Shown: positions 55,780-64,000 of the stretch, in pieces
How the letters are laid out: each line of letters starts with the position of its first letter
Numbering within the stretch: position 1 is the first letter of the stretch
From: an uncultured Rhodanobacteraceae bacterium
GTDB taxonomy: Bacteria; Pseudomonadota; Gammaproteobacteria; Xanthomonadales; SZUA-5
Reading direction: 5' to 3'
Length of the DNA: 64,000 nucleotides
NCBI GenBank assembly: GCA_937928755.1
Contig: CALEZI010000137.1
Coordinates: 8,068-72,067 of the forward strand
Notes under the pieces: model-generated
Told to the model about the DNA's origin: nothing
Databases searched by the model: none
Seen by the model: only the letters and a program-made list of their open reading frames with translations
Position numbers and translations under genes: made by a program

Positions 55780-56295
55780 ATGTCGACACGAAGCACTCTT
55801 GCAGCAATGTTCGCGACGCTGGCGTTGTCGCTCGCGGCCGCAGCCGCGACACCCGCTGGCGGTCCGGTAACTGTCGAATACGTTGATCCGCAAGGGTTCA
55901 CCGACATCCGCGAAGGTTTTCGGCGCCCTCGCGTCGACGGCAATCCGCACCTCAATGCGCTGCGCAAGCACTTCGAGAAGCGCGTGCCGCGCTATCTCGC
56001 TGCGGGCCAGACGCTGCACATCCGGGTCACCGATGTCGATCTGGCCGGCGATCATCGGGCGCAAACCAACCCGTGGTTGCTCGACGTGCGTTTGGTCACC
56101 AACGTTTACCCGCCGGGGATCAGCCTCAATTACACGCTGAAGGACCCAGCCGGTGCCGTGCTCAGGACCGGGGATGCCAGACTGCGCGATCTGGGTTTCG
56201 ATATCGGCAGTGGTGGACCGGTTGCCGATCCGTACCGCTACGAAAAACGCATGCTCGACAAGTGGCTTTACCGTGAGTTCGGCGGCAAGCGTTGA
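55780..56295 (+). CDS. DUF3016 domain-containing protein
   Basis: Signal peptide, then VEYVDPQGFTDIRE..., RVTDVDLAGD. AGGAG Shine-Dalgarno 8 nt upstream of ATG 55780. Confidence 0.7.
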   Translation: MSTRSTLAAMFATLALSLAAAAATPAGGPVTVEYVDPQGFTDIREGFRRPRVDGNPHLNALRKHFEKRVPRYLAAGQTLHIRVTDVDLAGDHRAQTNPWLLDVRLVTNVYPPGISLNYTLKDPAGAVLRTGDARLRDLGFDIGSGGPVADPYRYEKRMLDKWLYREFGGKR

Positions 56296-56334
56296 CCGGC
56301 GCCGTCGGCGGGTTTTGGCCGCCGGAGATCTCGA

Positions 56335-56499
56335 CTAGTGTGGTTTGCCATTAATTCGTTGAATCATTTCCGCGCCTTTTGACCCGAATGCGTCGTTGTT
56401 CGTCGTCGCCATAGCCCTGCTATGACTCCTCCTCTCGCCTAGCCTCGAGCCAAAATGCATCGGAAATTTCTTCAGCCAATTAATGGCAAACCACACTAG
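56335..56499. mobile_element. MITE copy 2 (165 bp), CTAG-flanked, 22-bp perfect terminal inverted repeats
   Basis: ctagtgtggtttgccattaatt...aattaatggcaaaccacactag. Near-identical to 3871..4034. Its right-hand CTAG contains the TAG stop of the deacetylase gene. Confidence 0.85.
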
Positions 56500-57410
56500 A
56501 GCAGCGCCGTCACATGAGCGACACTCGATTCGCGCAGCGCGGTCAGCGAGTAGCCGCCCTCGAGGGTCGATACCAGACGGCCCTGCGCATGGCGCTCGGC
56601 CAGCGCCACCAGTTCCCGCGTGATCCATCCGTAGTCGTCGGCGCCGAGGTTCAGATCGGCCAGCGGATCGAGGCGGTGCGCATCGAAGCCCGCCGACACC
56701 AGCATGAGGTCCGGCGCGTAGCGATCGATGGCCGGAAGCAGCCGGTCGCTCCACAGGGCGCGAAATTCCGCTGAGCCGTCGCCTGGCGCCAGCAGACCGT
56801 TGACCAGGTTGCCGATGCCGGTTTCGCACTCGAGGCCGCTGCCCGGATAAAGCGGAATCTGCTGACTGGAGACGAACAATATCGATGCATCGGCGGCAAA
56901 GATGGCTTGCGTGCCGTTACCGTGATGCACGTCGAAATCGACGATGGCGATGCGCTGCACGCCGTGGGCGGCGCGCGCATGACGGGCGCCCACCGCGATC
57001 GGGTTGAACAGGCAGAAGCCAGCGGCCTGGTCCGCACTGCTGTGGTGTCCCGGCGGCCGCACGGCGCAGAAAGCGCGGCGAGAGCTGCCGGCGACGACCG
57101 CGTCGATCGCCGCACACACCGCGCCGGCCGCGCGCAGCCCGGCTTCCAGCGAGCCCGCCGACATCACGGTGTCGGCATCCAGGTTGCGCGGTGTTTCGCC
57201 GTTAGTACCCCTGCGCAGGTCGGCAACCATGCGCGCACCATGGGCACGCAACAACTGAGCGTTGCTGGCCCGCGGTGCCCGCTGCCAACTCACGCGCTCC
57301 CCAAGCGCAGCGCGCAGTGCGTCGATGACCGTCTGCAGGCGCTGCGGATGTTCCGGATGCGCGGGTCCCGGGTTGTGCAGCAGGCAGGCAGGGTGGCTGT
57401 AGATATGCAT
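56496..57410 (-). CDS. histone deacetylase family protein (acetylpolyamine/acetoin-type deacetylase)
   Basis: RPPGHH, DFDVHHGNGTQ, SAGFDAH, EGGY motifs. Internal ATG 57410 (MHIYSHPACLLH). Confidence 0.85.
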   Translation of the reverse strand: MHIYSHPACLLHNPGPAHPEHPQRLQTVIDALRAALGERVSWQRAPRASNAQLLRAHGARMVADLRRGTNGETPRNLDADTVMSAGSLEAGLRAAGAVCAAIDAVVAGSSRRAFCAVRPPGHHSSADQAAGFCLFNPIAVGARHARAAHGVQRIAIVDFDVHHGNGTQAIFAADASILFVSSQQIPLYPGSGLECETGIGNLVNGLLAPGDGSAEFRALWSDRLLPAIDRYAPDLMLVSAGFDAHRLDPLADLNLGADDYGWITRELVALAERHAQGRLVSTLEGGYSLTALRESSVAHVTALL

Positions 57411-57558
57411 GGGCCTCAGACTCGACTGGCCCAGCGGCTGCGGGCTGCCAAACTGTGGGCGGGCTCTGCCCGCGAAAAGGCGCACGAGGGACGCAGAGAA
57501 GCGCAAAGTCTGCAAGTGATGTGCCGTGGCGCCCGCCTGATCCGCTGGCGATTTCGCC

Positions 57559-58113
57559 TCACCCGCGTTTGTTGCGATCCCACAGCACCTCGCCGGCAGC
57601 ATTCTCGCGCGCCAGCACGCGAGAGACGACGAACAGCAAGTCGGACAGACGATTCAGGTAGCGGATCGCCTGCGGACGTACGTCTTCAACTCGGCTCAGC
57701 GCAATCACCTCGCGTTCGGCGCGGCGGGTCACGGTACGTGCAACATGGCAGTGGGCCGCGCCAGGCCCGCCGCCGGGCAGGATGAAATCCTTGAGCGGCG
57801 GCAGATCTTCGTTGAACCCATCGAGGTCGCGCTCGAGCGCGTCGATGTCGCCGTCCTGGATCAGCGCCATCCCGGGAATGCAAAGCTCGCCGCCGAGGTC
57901 GAACAATTGATGCTGCACCCGCGTCAGGCACGCGGCAATGGCGTCGCCGACGCCGGCTTGCGCCAGCACCACGCCTATGCAACTGTTGGCTTCGTCGACA
58001 GTGCCGTAGGCGGCCACGCGCAAACTGTCCTTGGCGACGCGGCTGCCGTCGCCGAGTCCGGTGCTGCCGTCGTCGCCCGTGCGCGTGTAGATCTTCGAAA
58101 GGCGGTTACCCAT
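57559..58113 (-). CDS. ATP:cob(I)alamin adenosyltransferase, PduO type
   Basis: KIYTRTGDDGSTGL..., GTVDEANS, FILPGG, ARTVTRRAER. Confidence 0.9.
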   Translation of the reverse strand: MGNRLSKIYTRTGDDGSTGLGDGSRVAKDSLRVAAYGTVDEANSCIGVVLAQAGVGDAIAACLTRVQHQLFDLGGELCIPGMALIQDGDIDALERDLDGFNEDLPPLKDFILPGGGPGAAHCHVARTVTRRAEREVIALSRVEDVRPQAIRYLNRLSDLLFVVSRVLARENAAGEVLWDRNKRG

Positions 58114-58176
58114 GGATTCCTCGATCCCGCTGCAAGAGGTCCCGGATAATGCCGGCAGCAGGTGTCACGATACGGT

Positions 58177-58716
58177 TCACGCCTGCGCGAGCGCACCCTG
58201 CTGGCGTCGAACCAGTGCCATGCCGCCGAACAGCAGGGTCGAATAGACCGCCATGCCGAGCAACGAGTAGCCGAAAAACGGCAGCGCCAGCGTATAGCAG
58301 GCGATCAGCCCCGCCAGGTCGTGGCTGTAAAAGTGGCCGGCGCCCATCGCCCACACGGAGAAGTTGCTGACCACGAAAAACACGCTCGCCGCGGCCAGGC
58401 CAAAGCCGGCCACACGCCCCGCTCCGGGATTCGGCCCGAGGCGCAAACCGAGCCAGACGTTGAAGGCGATCAGCGCATAGATGACCGGCATGCCGCTGTG
58501 CAGACCGAGGACCAGATCGGCCAGAGCCATTGCCACCAACGGAATCACGAATGCCAGTCGCCGATCGGCCAGGTAGGCGCCCGCGAACAGACCGATCGCT
58601 TCGACCGGCGTGAAGTTCGGCGGATGCGGCAGCAATCGGGACAGGGCGGCCAGAAGGATCAGCGCGGCCACCAGCGTCGTGCGCGGATACCAGCGCGCAG
58701 CGGCGTCATTCGACAT
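58177..58716 (-). CDS. integral membrane protein, about 6 TM (DUF6580 / solitary ECF S-component-like, possible corrinoid transporter)
   Basis: GGAGAG Shine-Dalgarno 6 nt before ATG 58716. Hydrophobic throughout (LLPHPPNFTPVEAIGLFAG...). Sits directly upstream of, and co-oriented with, the adenosyltransferase gene. Function is inferred from context only. Confidence 0.5.
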   Translation of the reverse strand: MSNDAAARWYPRTTLVAALILLAALSRLLPHPPNFTPVEAIGLFAGAYLADRRLAFVIPLVAMALADLVLGLHSGMPVIYALIAFNVWLGLRLGPNPGAGRVAGFGLAAASVFFVVSNFSVWAMGAGHFYSHDLAGLIACYTLALPFFGYSLLGMAVYSTLLFGGMALVRRQQGALAQA

Positions 58717-58793
58717 CAGGACTCTCCGGATCAGGTTCGCAAACAGGCTGCAAGCATACTGCAAGCGCCGGAACTTGATGGGCCGACCTCACA

Positions 58794-59103
58794 CGAGTGT
58801 GGTGTCCCAAAATTACCTTGAATGATTTCCGCGTCTTTCGACCCGAATGCTGCGTTGCCTTGAGCCCGTCGGCATAGCCGCCGGGCGTTCAACCGATCGC
58901 GCGGCATGCCGCACAAGCTTGATCGGTCTCACTGTCGCCATAGCCCTGCTATGACCTTCGGTCCCGGCCCGCAACAAGTTGCGTGCGTTCAAGCCGGCGC
59001 GCGGCATGCCGCGCAAACAGCCGGCTTTCACCCTTCTCGCGCCTTGCCTCGGGCCGAAATCCATCGGAAATTTCTTCAAGTTGCTTTTGGGACACCACAC
59101 TAG
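58794..59103. mobile_element. MITE-related element, long variant (about 310 bp)
   Basis: Terminal inverted repeats AGTGTGGTGTCCCAAAA. Internal blocks shared with the 165-bp MITE (gaatgatttccgcg, gacccgaatgc, gtcgccatagccctgctatgac, catcggaaatttcttca), plus an internal duplication (gcgcggcatgccgc x2). Its right CTAG holds the TAG stop of the methyltransferase gene. Confidence 0.65.
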
Positions 59104-59612
59104 GCGCGCTTCTTCAGAGTGGCGTGCAGGTCCTGCGCGACATTGGCGTAGTGGCGCAGGCCAAAGGACTTCTCGTTCTGCGCCTTGTTGATCCAGTCAG
59201 GGCCCAGCCAGAACGCATAGCTCAGGTCGAAGTCGCAGCCGATCGGGTAGTGCGCCACGCCGGCCTTCTCGCGCCATTCGCGATTGAAGTAGAAGTACGA
59301 TGCCTCGCAGATCGGTGGCCATTGGTGGGTGGGATCCTGCACTGCGCCATAGCTCTGCCAATAGGGCGTGATGATCAGCGCGCTGCCGCCGGGCTTGAGG
59401 ATGCGCCAGAGTTCATCCATGAAAGTCATGCGCTCGGCGCCGGTGAGGTGCTCGAGGAAGTGCGAGCAGCGCACTTCGTCGATGCTGGCGTCGGCAAATG
59501 GCCACGGTGTCTGCCGCAGATCGTGGACGATATCGGCGCCACACTGCGCGGAGATGTCCACGCCGAGAAACCCCTCGGCTTTCTGGCTGCCGCAGCCGAG
59601 ATCCAGTTTCAT
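59100..59612 (-). CDS. class I SAM-dependent methyltransferase
   Basis: LDLGCGSQKAEGFLGVD motif I, then ASIDEVRCSHFLEH, LKPGG. 170 aa. Confidence 0.75.
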   Translation of the reverse strand: MKLDLGCGSQKAEGFLGVDISAQCGADIVHDLRQTPWPFADASIDEVRCSHFLEHLTGAERMTFMDELWRILKPGGSALIITPYWQSYGAVQDPTHQWPPICEASYFYFNREWREKAGVAHYPIGCDFDLSYAFWLGPDWINKAQNEKSFGLRHYANVAQDLHATLKKRA

Positions 59613-59758
59613 GTTCGTACTCCGCGGCGAAGGGCGCGCATTGTAGGGCCGGCCGGCGATCAGGCAAAGTCGGCAAAGCGCGACGACGCGTGTCTGGAGT
59701 CTCTACGCGGTGGCTCCGGACGTATGCTCGGCGGTCAGTTCTGGCAAACGAATGAGCG

Positions 59759-60979
59759 ATGACCGCAATCGAATGTGATGTGCTGATCGCCGGCGGTGGT
59801 CTGGTCGGGCTGAGTCTCGCGCTGGCGCTGAGCGGATCCGGGCAGCGCGTGATCCTGGTCGATCCGGCGCCGCTCGACAGTGGGCAACGACCCGCCGATG
59901 AACGCCATCTGGCGCTTTCCGAAGTGACTTGTCGCATCCTCGATCGTTTCGGCGTACTCGCCATGCTCGGATCGGATGCCGCCCCGATCAGAGCGATTCA
60001 TGTGTCCAGTGCCGGCGAATTCGGCGTTGCGCGCTGGTCGGCTGCAGATGCTGGCCGCGTGCGCTTCGGTGCCGTCGCGCCCGCGCGCAGACTGCTGTGG
60101 GCGATGCAGCAGAAGGTGCAAGCGTGCGCGGATCTTCGCGTGCTCGCCCCGGCGCACGTCGTCAGCGCCGAAACCGGCAGCGACAGCGTGTTGCTCAAGC
60201 TGAGCGGCGACGCGGTCCAATCCGCGACGCTGCATGCGCGCCTGCTGGTGATTGCCGATGGCGCCGACTCCGCTTTGCGCAGCGCCGCCGGCATTGCCTG
60301 CGTGCGTCACGACTACCAACGCCACGCGATCTGCTGCGTGGTGACGCCGGAGCGCGATCACGGCGGAACCGCTTTTGAACGATTCACCCGCAATGGTCCA
60401 GTGGCGCTACTGCCGCAGGCGCACGGCCGCTGCGGCGCGATCCTGGTGGTCGACAGTGCCGATGTGGCGCGCCTGACCGAACTCCCCGAGCGTGAGTTCC
60501 TGAGCGAACTGCAATCGGCTTTCGGCTATCGCCTGGGTCGGTTGCTGCGCGCCGGTGAGCGCATCAGCTACCCGTTGCGACGGATATTGGCCGAGCGGCT
60601 GACAGCGCCGCGCCAGGTGTTGATCGGCAATGCGGCGCAGGCGATCCATCCGGTCGGCGCCCAGGGATTCAATCTCGGCCTGAGAGACGCGGCGGTGCTC
60701 GCCGGGCTGCTCGCCGACGCTGCGGCCGGTGGTCGCGATCCCGGCGCGGAATCGCTGCTTCAGGCTTACGCGCTGGCGCGCCAGGACGATCGCAAGGCGA
60801 CCACCGGGCTCAGCCACGCACTGGCTGAGGTCAGTGGCGTGCGTGCGCTACCGGCGCGCTGGCTGCGTTCGCTTGCGCTGTTGGCCGCCGACCGGGTCGA
60901 ACCGCTGCGCGAGCATCTGTTGCTCGGCGGCATGGGTTATCGGGGAACCACACCAGCGTTGGCGCGGGGAGAAATGTGA
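59759..60979 (+). CDS. ubiH: 2-octaprenyl-6-methoxyphenol hydroxylase (UbiH family FAD monooxygenase)
   Basis: DVLIAGGGLVGLSLALAL, GNAAQAIHPVGAQGFNLGLRD. Confidence 0.8.
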   Translation: MTAIECDVLIAGGGLVGLSLALALSGSGQRVILVDPAPLDSGQRPADERHLALSEVTCRILDRFGVLAMLGSDAAPIRAIHVSSAGEFGVARWSAADAGRVRFGAVAPARRLLWAMQQKVQACADLRVLAPAHVVSAETGSDSVLLKLSGDAVQSATLHARLLVIADGADSALRSAAGIACVRHDYQRHAICCVVTPERDHGGTAFERFTRNGPVALLPQAHGRCGAILVVDSADVARLTELPEREFLSELQSAFGYRLGRLLRAGERISYPLRRILAERLTAPRQVLIGNAAQAIHPVGAQGFNLGLRDAAVLAGLLADAAAGGRDPGAESLLQAYALARQDDRKATTGLSHALAEVSGVRALPARWLRSLALLAADRVEPLREHLLLGGMGYRGTTPALARGEM

Positions 60980-62190
60980 TGCGCAGTCCTGCACGCGAAA
61001 AACTCGATGTGATCATCGTCGGCGCTGGCATGGTCGGTGCTGCGACAGCCCTGGGGTTGGCGCGCGCGGGGCTGAAGGTGGCGCTGGTCGAGAGCCATCC
61101 GGTGTTCCCGCCACAGGCTGGCGAGGCGATGGACCTGCGCGTCGTTGCGATTGCGCCGCACGCGCAGCGGCTGCTGGCGAAGCTCGGCGTATGGGCCGAC
61201 ATCAGTGCGCTGCGCGTGGCGCCCTACGAGCGAATGCAGGTGCACGATGCGGCCGGGGCCAGTTCGCTTCGCTTCGACGCGAGCGATTATGGATGGCCGT
61301 GCCTCGGCCATATCGTCGAAAATCGACTGGTCGCCGGCATGCTGTGGCGCGCGCTCGAACGCGAGCCTGGGGTGCAACTGCTGCTCGGTGAAGAACTCGA
61401 GCGCTTCGATGCCGATGCGCAACGCGTTGAGGCGCGCCTGACCAGCGGCGATCGCCTGGCAACGCGCCTGCTGATCGGCGCCGACGGCGTCAACTCCAAG
61501 GTTCGCAATGACCTGCTGATCGGCGTCGATGGCGCAGCTTATGGCCAGAGCGGTCTGGTCGCGCAAATCGAACTGGAGCGTCCCCAGCCGCGCCTGGCCT
61601 GGCAGCGTTTTCTGCCGTCAGGCCCGCTCGCTTTCCTGCCGTTGGCCAACGGCCACGCATCGATCGTGTGGACACTGCCGACCGAGCGCGCCGACGCGCT
61701 GGTTGCGCAGTCCCCCGAAGTTTTCGAGTCGCAGTTGCAGCGCGCCAGCGCCGAGACCTTCGGGCGCGTGCGGCTGGCGTCCGAGCGCAAGGCATTCCCG
61801 CTGCGCCTGCAGATCGCCCAGCGCTTCGCCGACTCGCGCGTGATCCTGATCGGCGATGCCGCGCACGTGGTGCATCCGTTGGCCGGGCAGGGCGTGAATC
61901 TGGGTTTCGAGGATGTGGCCGCCCTGCTGGCGAGTGTCGAACACGCCCGCGCGGCACAACGGCAGCCGTTCGGCGACAGCGACCTCAAGCGCTGGGCGCG
62001 CGAGCGGCGCAGCGAGGCAACCCTGGCGGCGCGCGCCTTCGACGGGCTCAATCGACTCTACGCCGTGGCCGAAGGCCCGCTGGTGGTCGCCCGTGCGCTC
62101 GGCTTGCGCCTGGTCGATGGTTTGTCGCCGATCAAACGCAAGCTCGCCGAGCGCGCCGCCGGCATCCGCGCCGGGGCAGCGCTCGGGTAG
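60979..62190 (+). CDS. UbiH/UbiF/VisC/COQ6 family ubiquinone biosynthesis hydroxylase
   Basis: DVIIVGAGMVGAATALGL, GDAAHVVHPLAGQGVNLGFED. Start overlaps the ubiH stop (ATGTGATG); GTG 60976 is the alternative. Confidence 0.8.
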   Translation: MRSPAREKLDVIIVGAGMVGAATALGLARAGLKVALVESHPVFPPQAGEAMDLRVVAIAPHAQRLLAKLGVWADISALRVAPYERMQVHDAAGASSLRFDASDYGWPCLGHIVENRLVAGMLWRALEREPGVQLLLGEELERFDADAQRVEARLTSGDRLATRLLIGADGVNSKVRNDLLIGVDGAAYGQSGLVAQIELERPQPRLAWQRFLPSGPLAFLPLANGHASIVWTLPTERADALVAQSPEVFESQLQRASAETFGRVRLASERKAFPLRLQIAQRFADSRVILIGDAAHVVHPLAGQGVNLGFEDVAALLASVEHARAAQRQPFGDSDLKRWARERRSEATLAARAFDGLNRLYAVAEGPLVVARALGLRLVDGLSPIKRKLAERAAGIRAGAALG

Positions 62191-62204
62191 CCGCATCGCT
62201 CGAT

Positions 62205-62410
62205 GCTCTGGCGGGTCCAGACTTGTCCGGACGCCCTTCTTCCTTCGCTCTGGTGGGTCCAGACTTGTCTGGACGCTCATATTCCATCGCTCTGGTGGGT
62301 CCAGACTTGTCTGGACGCTTTTCTTCCATCGCTCTGGTGGGTCCAGACTTGTCTGGACGCTCTTCTTCCTTCGCTCTGGTGAGTCCAGACAAGTCTGGAC
62401 CCACCCAAGC
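62205..62410. repeat. tandem array: 5 units of 42 bp built on the GGGTCCAGAC-TT-GTCTGGAC hairpin
   Basis: Unit starts at 62205, 62247, 62289, 62331 and 62373. The 30-bp core gctctggtgggtccagacttgtctggacgc is separated by 12-bp T/C-rich linkers. The last unit is the inverted form (gagtccagacaagtctggacccaccc). Confidence 0.9.
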
Positions 62411-62441
62411 CCGGCCTGCGCGAGCCTTTCCGGCGCCCGTC

Positions 62442-64000
62442 CTACGGGAACAAGCGGATCACGAACCCATCGTGGTCGGAAATCCGCACCGGGCTCCATT
62501 CGTTGGGCGACTCGAACCCGCTTTTCAGTCCGTCGTCGCCATAGGTCAGCACATTGGCCAGGGTGCGGGTGAAGATCAGCGGCGCGTCGACGTTGCCGCG
62601 GCCATAACTGATGCCGACAAACGCCGACTGCGCCGCCGTCGTCAGCAGCGCGTGATCCAGCACTTGCAGCGCGTTGCCGAAGAAATAGCTGTAACGCTCC
62701 TGCGCCGGCAGCGATTCCACGGCGTTGCTCATGTTGGGTTCGACGATGTCCGCCAGCGGCGCCAGCAGACTGTCGGGGTTCGCATCGCCGGCCAGCTTGG
62801 CGCTCCCACGAATGGTGCCGATGGTATCGACATGGCCATCGGTGAACTGGAAGGCGTTGTGGTCGCCGACGACCACCAGCGGCACGGTTGGATTGGCGCT
62901 CTGGAAGGTCTGCACGAAGCGGGCGATCGATTCGGACTGTTCCAGGCGCTTGCGGCACAAACGCTCACCGGCGCCGCGGCAGTCGTTGATGCCGACGAAT
63001 GAGCGGGTGTGATTCACGATCACCGAAAACGGCCGGTTGCCGCTGGTGAACACAGCTTCCAATTGATACGGCGGTCGATCGTGCAGGCAGGAATCCGGGT
63101 TGTCGAAAGTGAACACCTCGTCCTTGCCGAGTTGGGTCAGCGTGAAGCCAGGATTGACCCGTCCGCTGCGCACCAGGAAGCCCGAATCGATGCCGCCGAC
63201 ATCGCTGCCCTCGGCCAGATGTGCCGTGTAGATCAGCGTCGGGTCATCCAGCGCGATCTTCGCTGCGAGGGTTTCGAGCACGCCGACGTTTTCGACTTCC
63301 TGCACCGCGACCACATCCGGCGCGCGCAACACATTGCGAATGTACGACGAGAATTTGGCCATGCGCCGGCTGTACTCGCCGTCCTCGGACACTTCGTTGC
63401 AGTCGCTGAGGTTGGTGCAGGTCTGGAGACCGAAACAATTGGTCGATGCCTGGTTGTTGGCCGTTGTCGTATCGAAGAAGCGCAGCATGTTCAATGAACC
63501 GATGGTCAGGTTGCCCGGCGCGGCAGCGGCCACCGGACGCGGCATCGGTGCGTCCTGCAGGATGGTCAGGCTGGTCGGCCACAGTTCGTAGTCGCCGAAG
63601 TCGTAACCGATCACGCCCTCGGCGGCGAAACGGGTGCCACCATTCATGACGCGGTTGGGCATGCCGAGCTTGTCCGGATCGATCTCGAAGGTCTCCGGGT
63701 TCAGGTCCCAGATCGGGATCGAGGCCGGGATGCCGGCGTAACCCGGTGTTTCCAGGCCGACTTCACGAAAGCCGCGCGCGGAGCCGGCCGCGATCACCGG
63801 TTCGGCGATCGGGTCGGTGGCGAAGCGCTGGTTCGGCGCGGTGACCACGCCATCCGCAATCGCCACGCGCATCCCCTCGATGCACTCGAAATTGGCGAAC
63901 TCGACATTCGCATTGCTGAAGCACGACGGCGTGGTCAGCAGCGGCGACGGGAAATTCGCGTCCAGCGCCACCGGCGCCGGCAGCGCGCCGCTGCCGACCA
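62442..64000 (-). CDS. endonuclease/exonuclease/phosphatase family protein (ExeM/NucH-like extracellular nuclease), 5' end outside window
   Basis: Open frame from the stop at 62442 to the window edge. EEP-like blocks (GSLNMLRFFD, VVAVQEVEN, VIVNHTRS, VVGDHNAF, RISDHD). Confidence 0.65.
   Translation of the reverse strand, partial: VGSGALPAPVALDANFPSPLLTTPSCFSNANVEFANFECIEGMRVAIADGVVTAPNQRFATDPIAEPVIAAGSARGFREVGLETPGYAGIPASIPIWDLNPETFEIDPDKLGMPNRVMNGGTRFAAEGVIGYDFGDYELWPTSLTILQDAPMPRPVAAAAPGNLTIGSLNMLRFFDTTTANNQASTNCFGLQTCTNLSDCNEVSEDGEYSRRMAKFSSYIRNVLRAPDVVAVQEVENVGVLETLAAKIALDDPTLIYTAHLAEGSDVGGIDSGFLVRSGRVNPGFTLTQLGKDEVFTFDNPDSCLHDRPPYQLEAVFTSGNRPFSVIVNHTRSFVGINDCRGAGERLCRKRLEQSESIARFVQTFQSANPTVPLVVVGDHNAFQFTDGHVDTIGTIRGSAKLAGDANPDSLLAPLADIVEPNMSNAVESLPAQERYSYFFGNALQVLDHALLTTAAQSAFVGISYGRGNVDAPLIFTRTLANVLTYGDDGLKSGFESPNEWSPVRISDHDGFVIRLFP

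Noticed and set aside
58717-59099. Cobalamin riboswitch upstream of the putative corrinoid transporter gene
   Set aside because: The only GGTGAAA-like and GCC-rich strings lie inside the MITE variant and are shared with MITE copies elsewhere. I could not assemble a B12-box/core by eye. This needs a covariance-model scan.
62205-62410. Possible CRISPR array
   Set aside because: The spacers are only 12 bp and similar to one another, the same unit occurs singly elsewhere, and no cas genes or leader are present. It is a tandem REP-type array.
61618-62958. 446-aa minus-strand ORF, and plus-strand ORFs running through 62205..62410 (GPDLSGR... repeats)
   Set aside because: They translate the 42-bp tandem DNA array and the antisense of flanking genes. 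The peptide repeats are a by-product of the DNA repeat.

Overview
GC-rich chromosomal core region that looks gammaproteobacterial. Gene content and order (petABC next to sspAB, rpsF-rpsR-rplI-dnaB without priB, a murD-type ligase outside a dcw cluster) suggest Xanthomonadales/Lysobacterales, but that is inference only; no search was possible. All family assignments come from reading motifs by eye, and start codons are provisional.

About 60 protein genes are supportable.
- Housekeeping: petABC, sspAB, purEK, sodB, nadC, rpsF-rpsR-rplI-dnaB, bfr/bfd, rppH, ubiH plus a ubiF-like gene, ugd/uxs/rfaH, an ABC-F ATPase, fkpA-like, and a murD-type ligase.
- Signalling: a hemerythrin-PAS-GGDEF cyclase, a Ser/Thr kinase fused to an FGE-like domain next to a double-FHA protein, an orphan histidine kinase, zur, and two DUF1631 paralogues, one overlapping a PilZ gene.
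- A 3-hydroxyanthranilate branch: HAAO, RidA and an aldehyde dehydrogenase.
- Several DUF-type genes.

I saw no rRNA, tRNA, CRISPR array, transposase, integrase or prophage gene.

The most unusual content is non-coding. Nearly every larger intergenic spacer holds dispersed palindromic repeats from at least six families.
- A roughly 165-bp MITE with CTAG-flanked terminal inverted repeats: two near-identical copies plus a 310-bp relative. Two copies supply the TAG stop codon of the adjacent gene.
- Five copies of an inverted-repeat element whose arms are tandem 9-mers (GCAAAGGAC).
- A 5 x 42 bp tandem array of a GGGTCCAGAC-TT-GTCTGGAC hairpin unit.
- A G-tract/C-tract long-range inverted repeat.

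I found no clear-cut novel multi-gene system such as a defence island. The best candidates for follow-up are the repeat families, the kinase/FHA module, the DUF1631-PilZ pair and the murD-type ligase locus.
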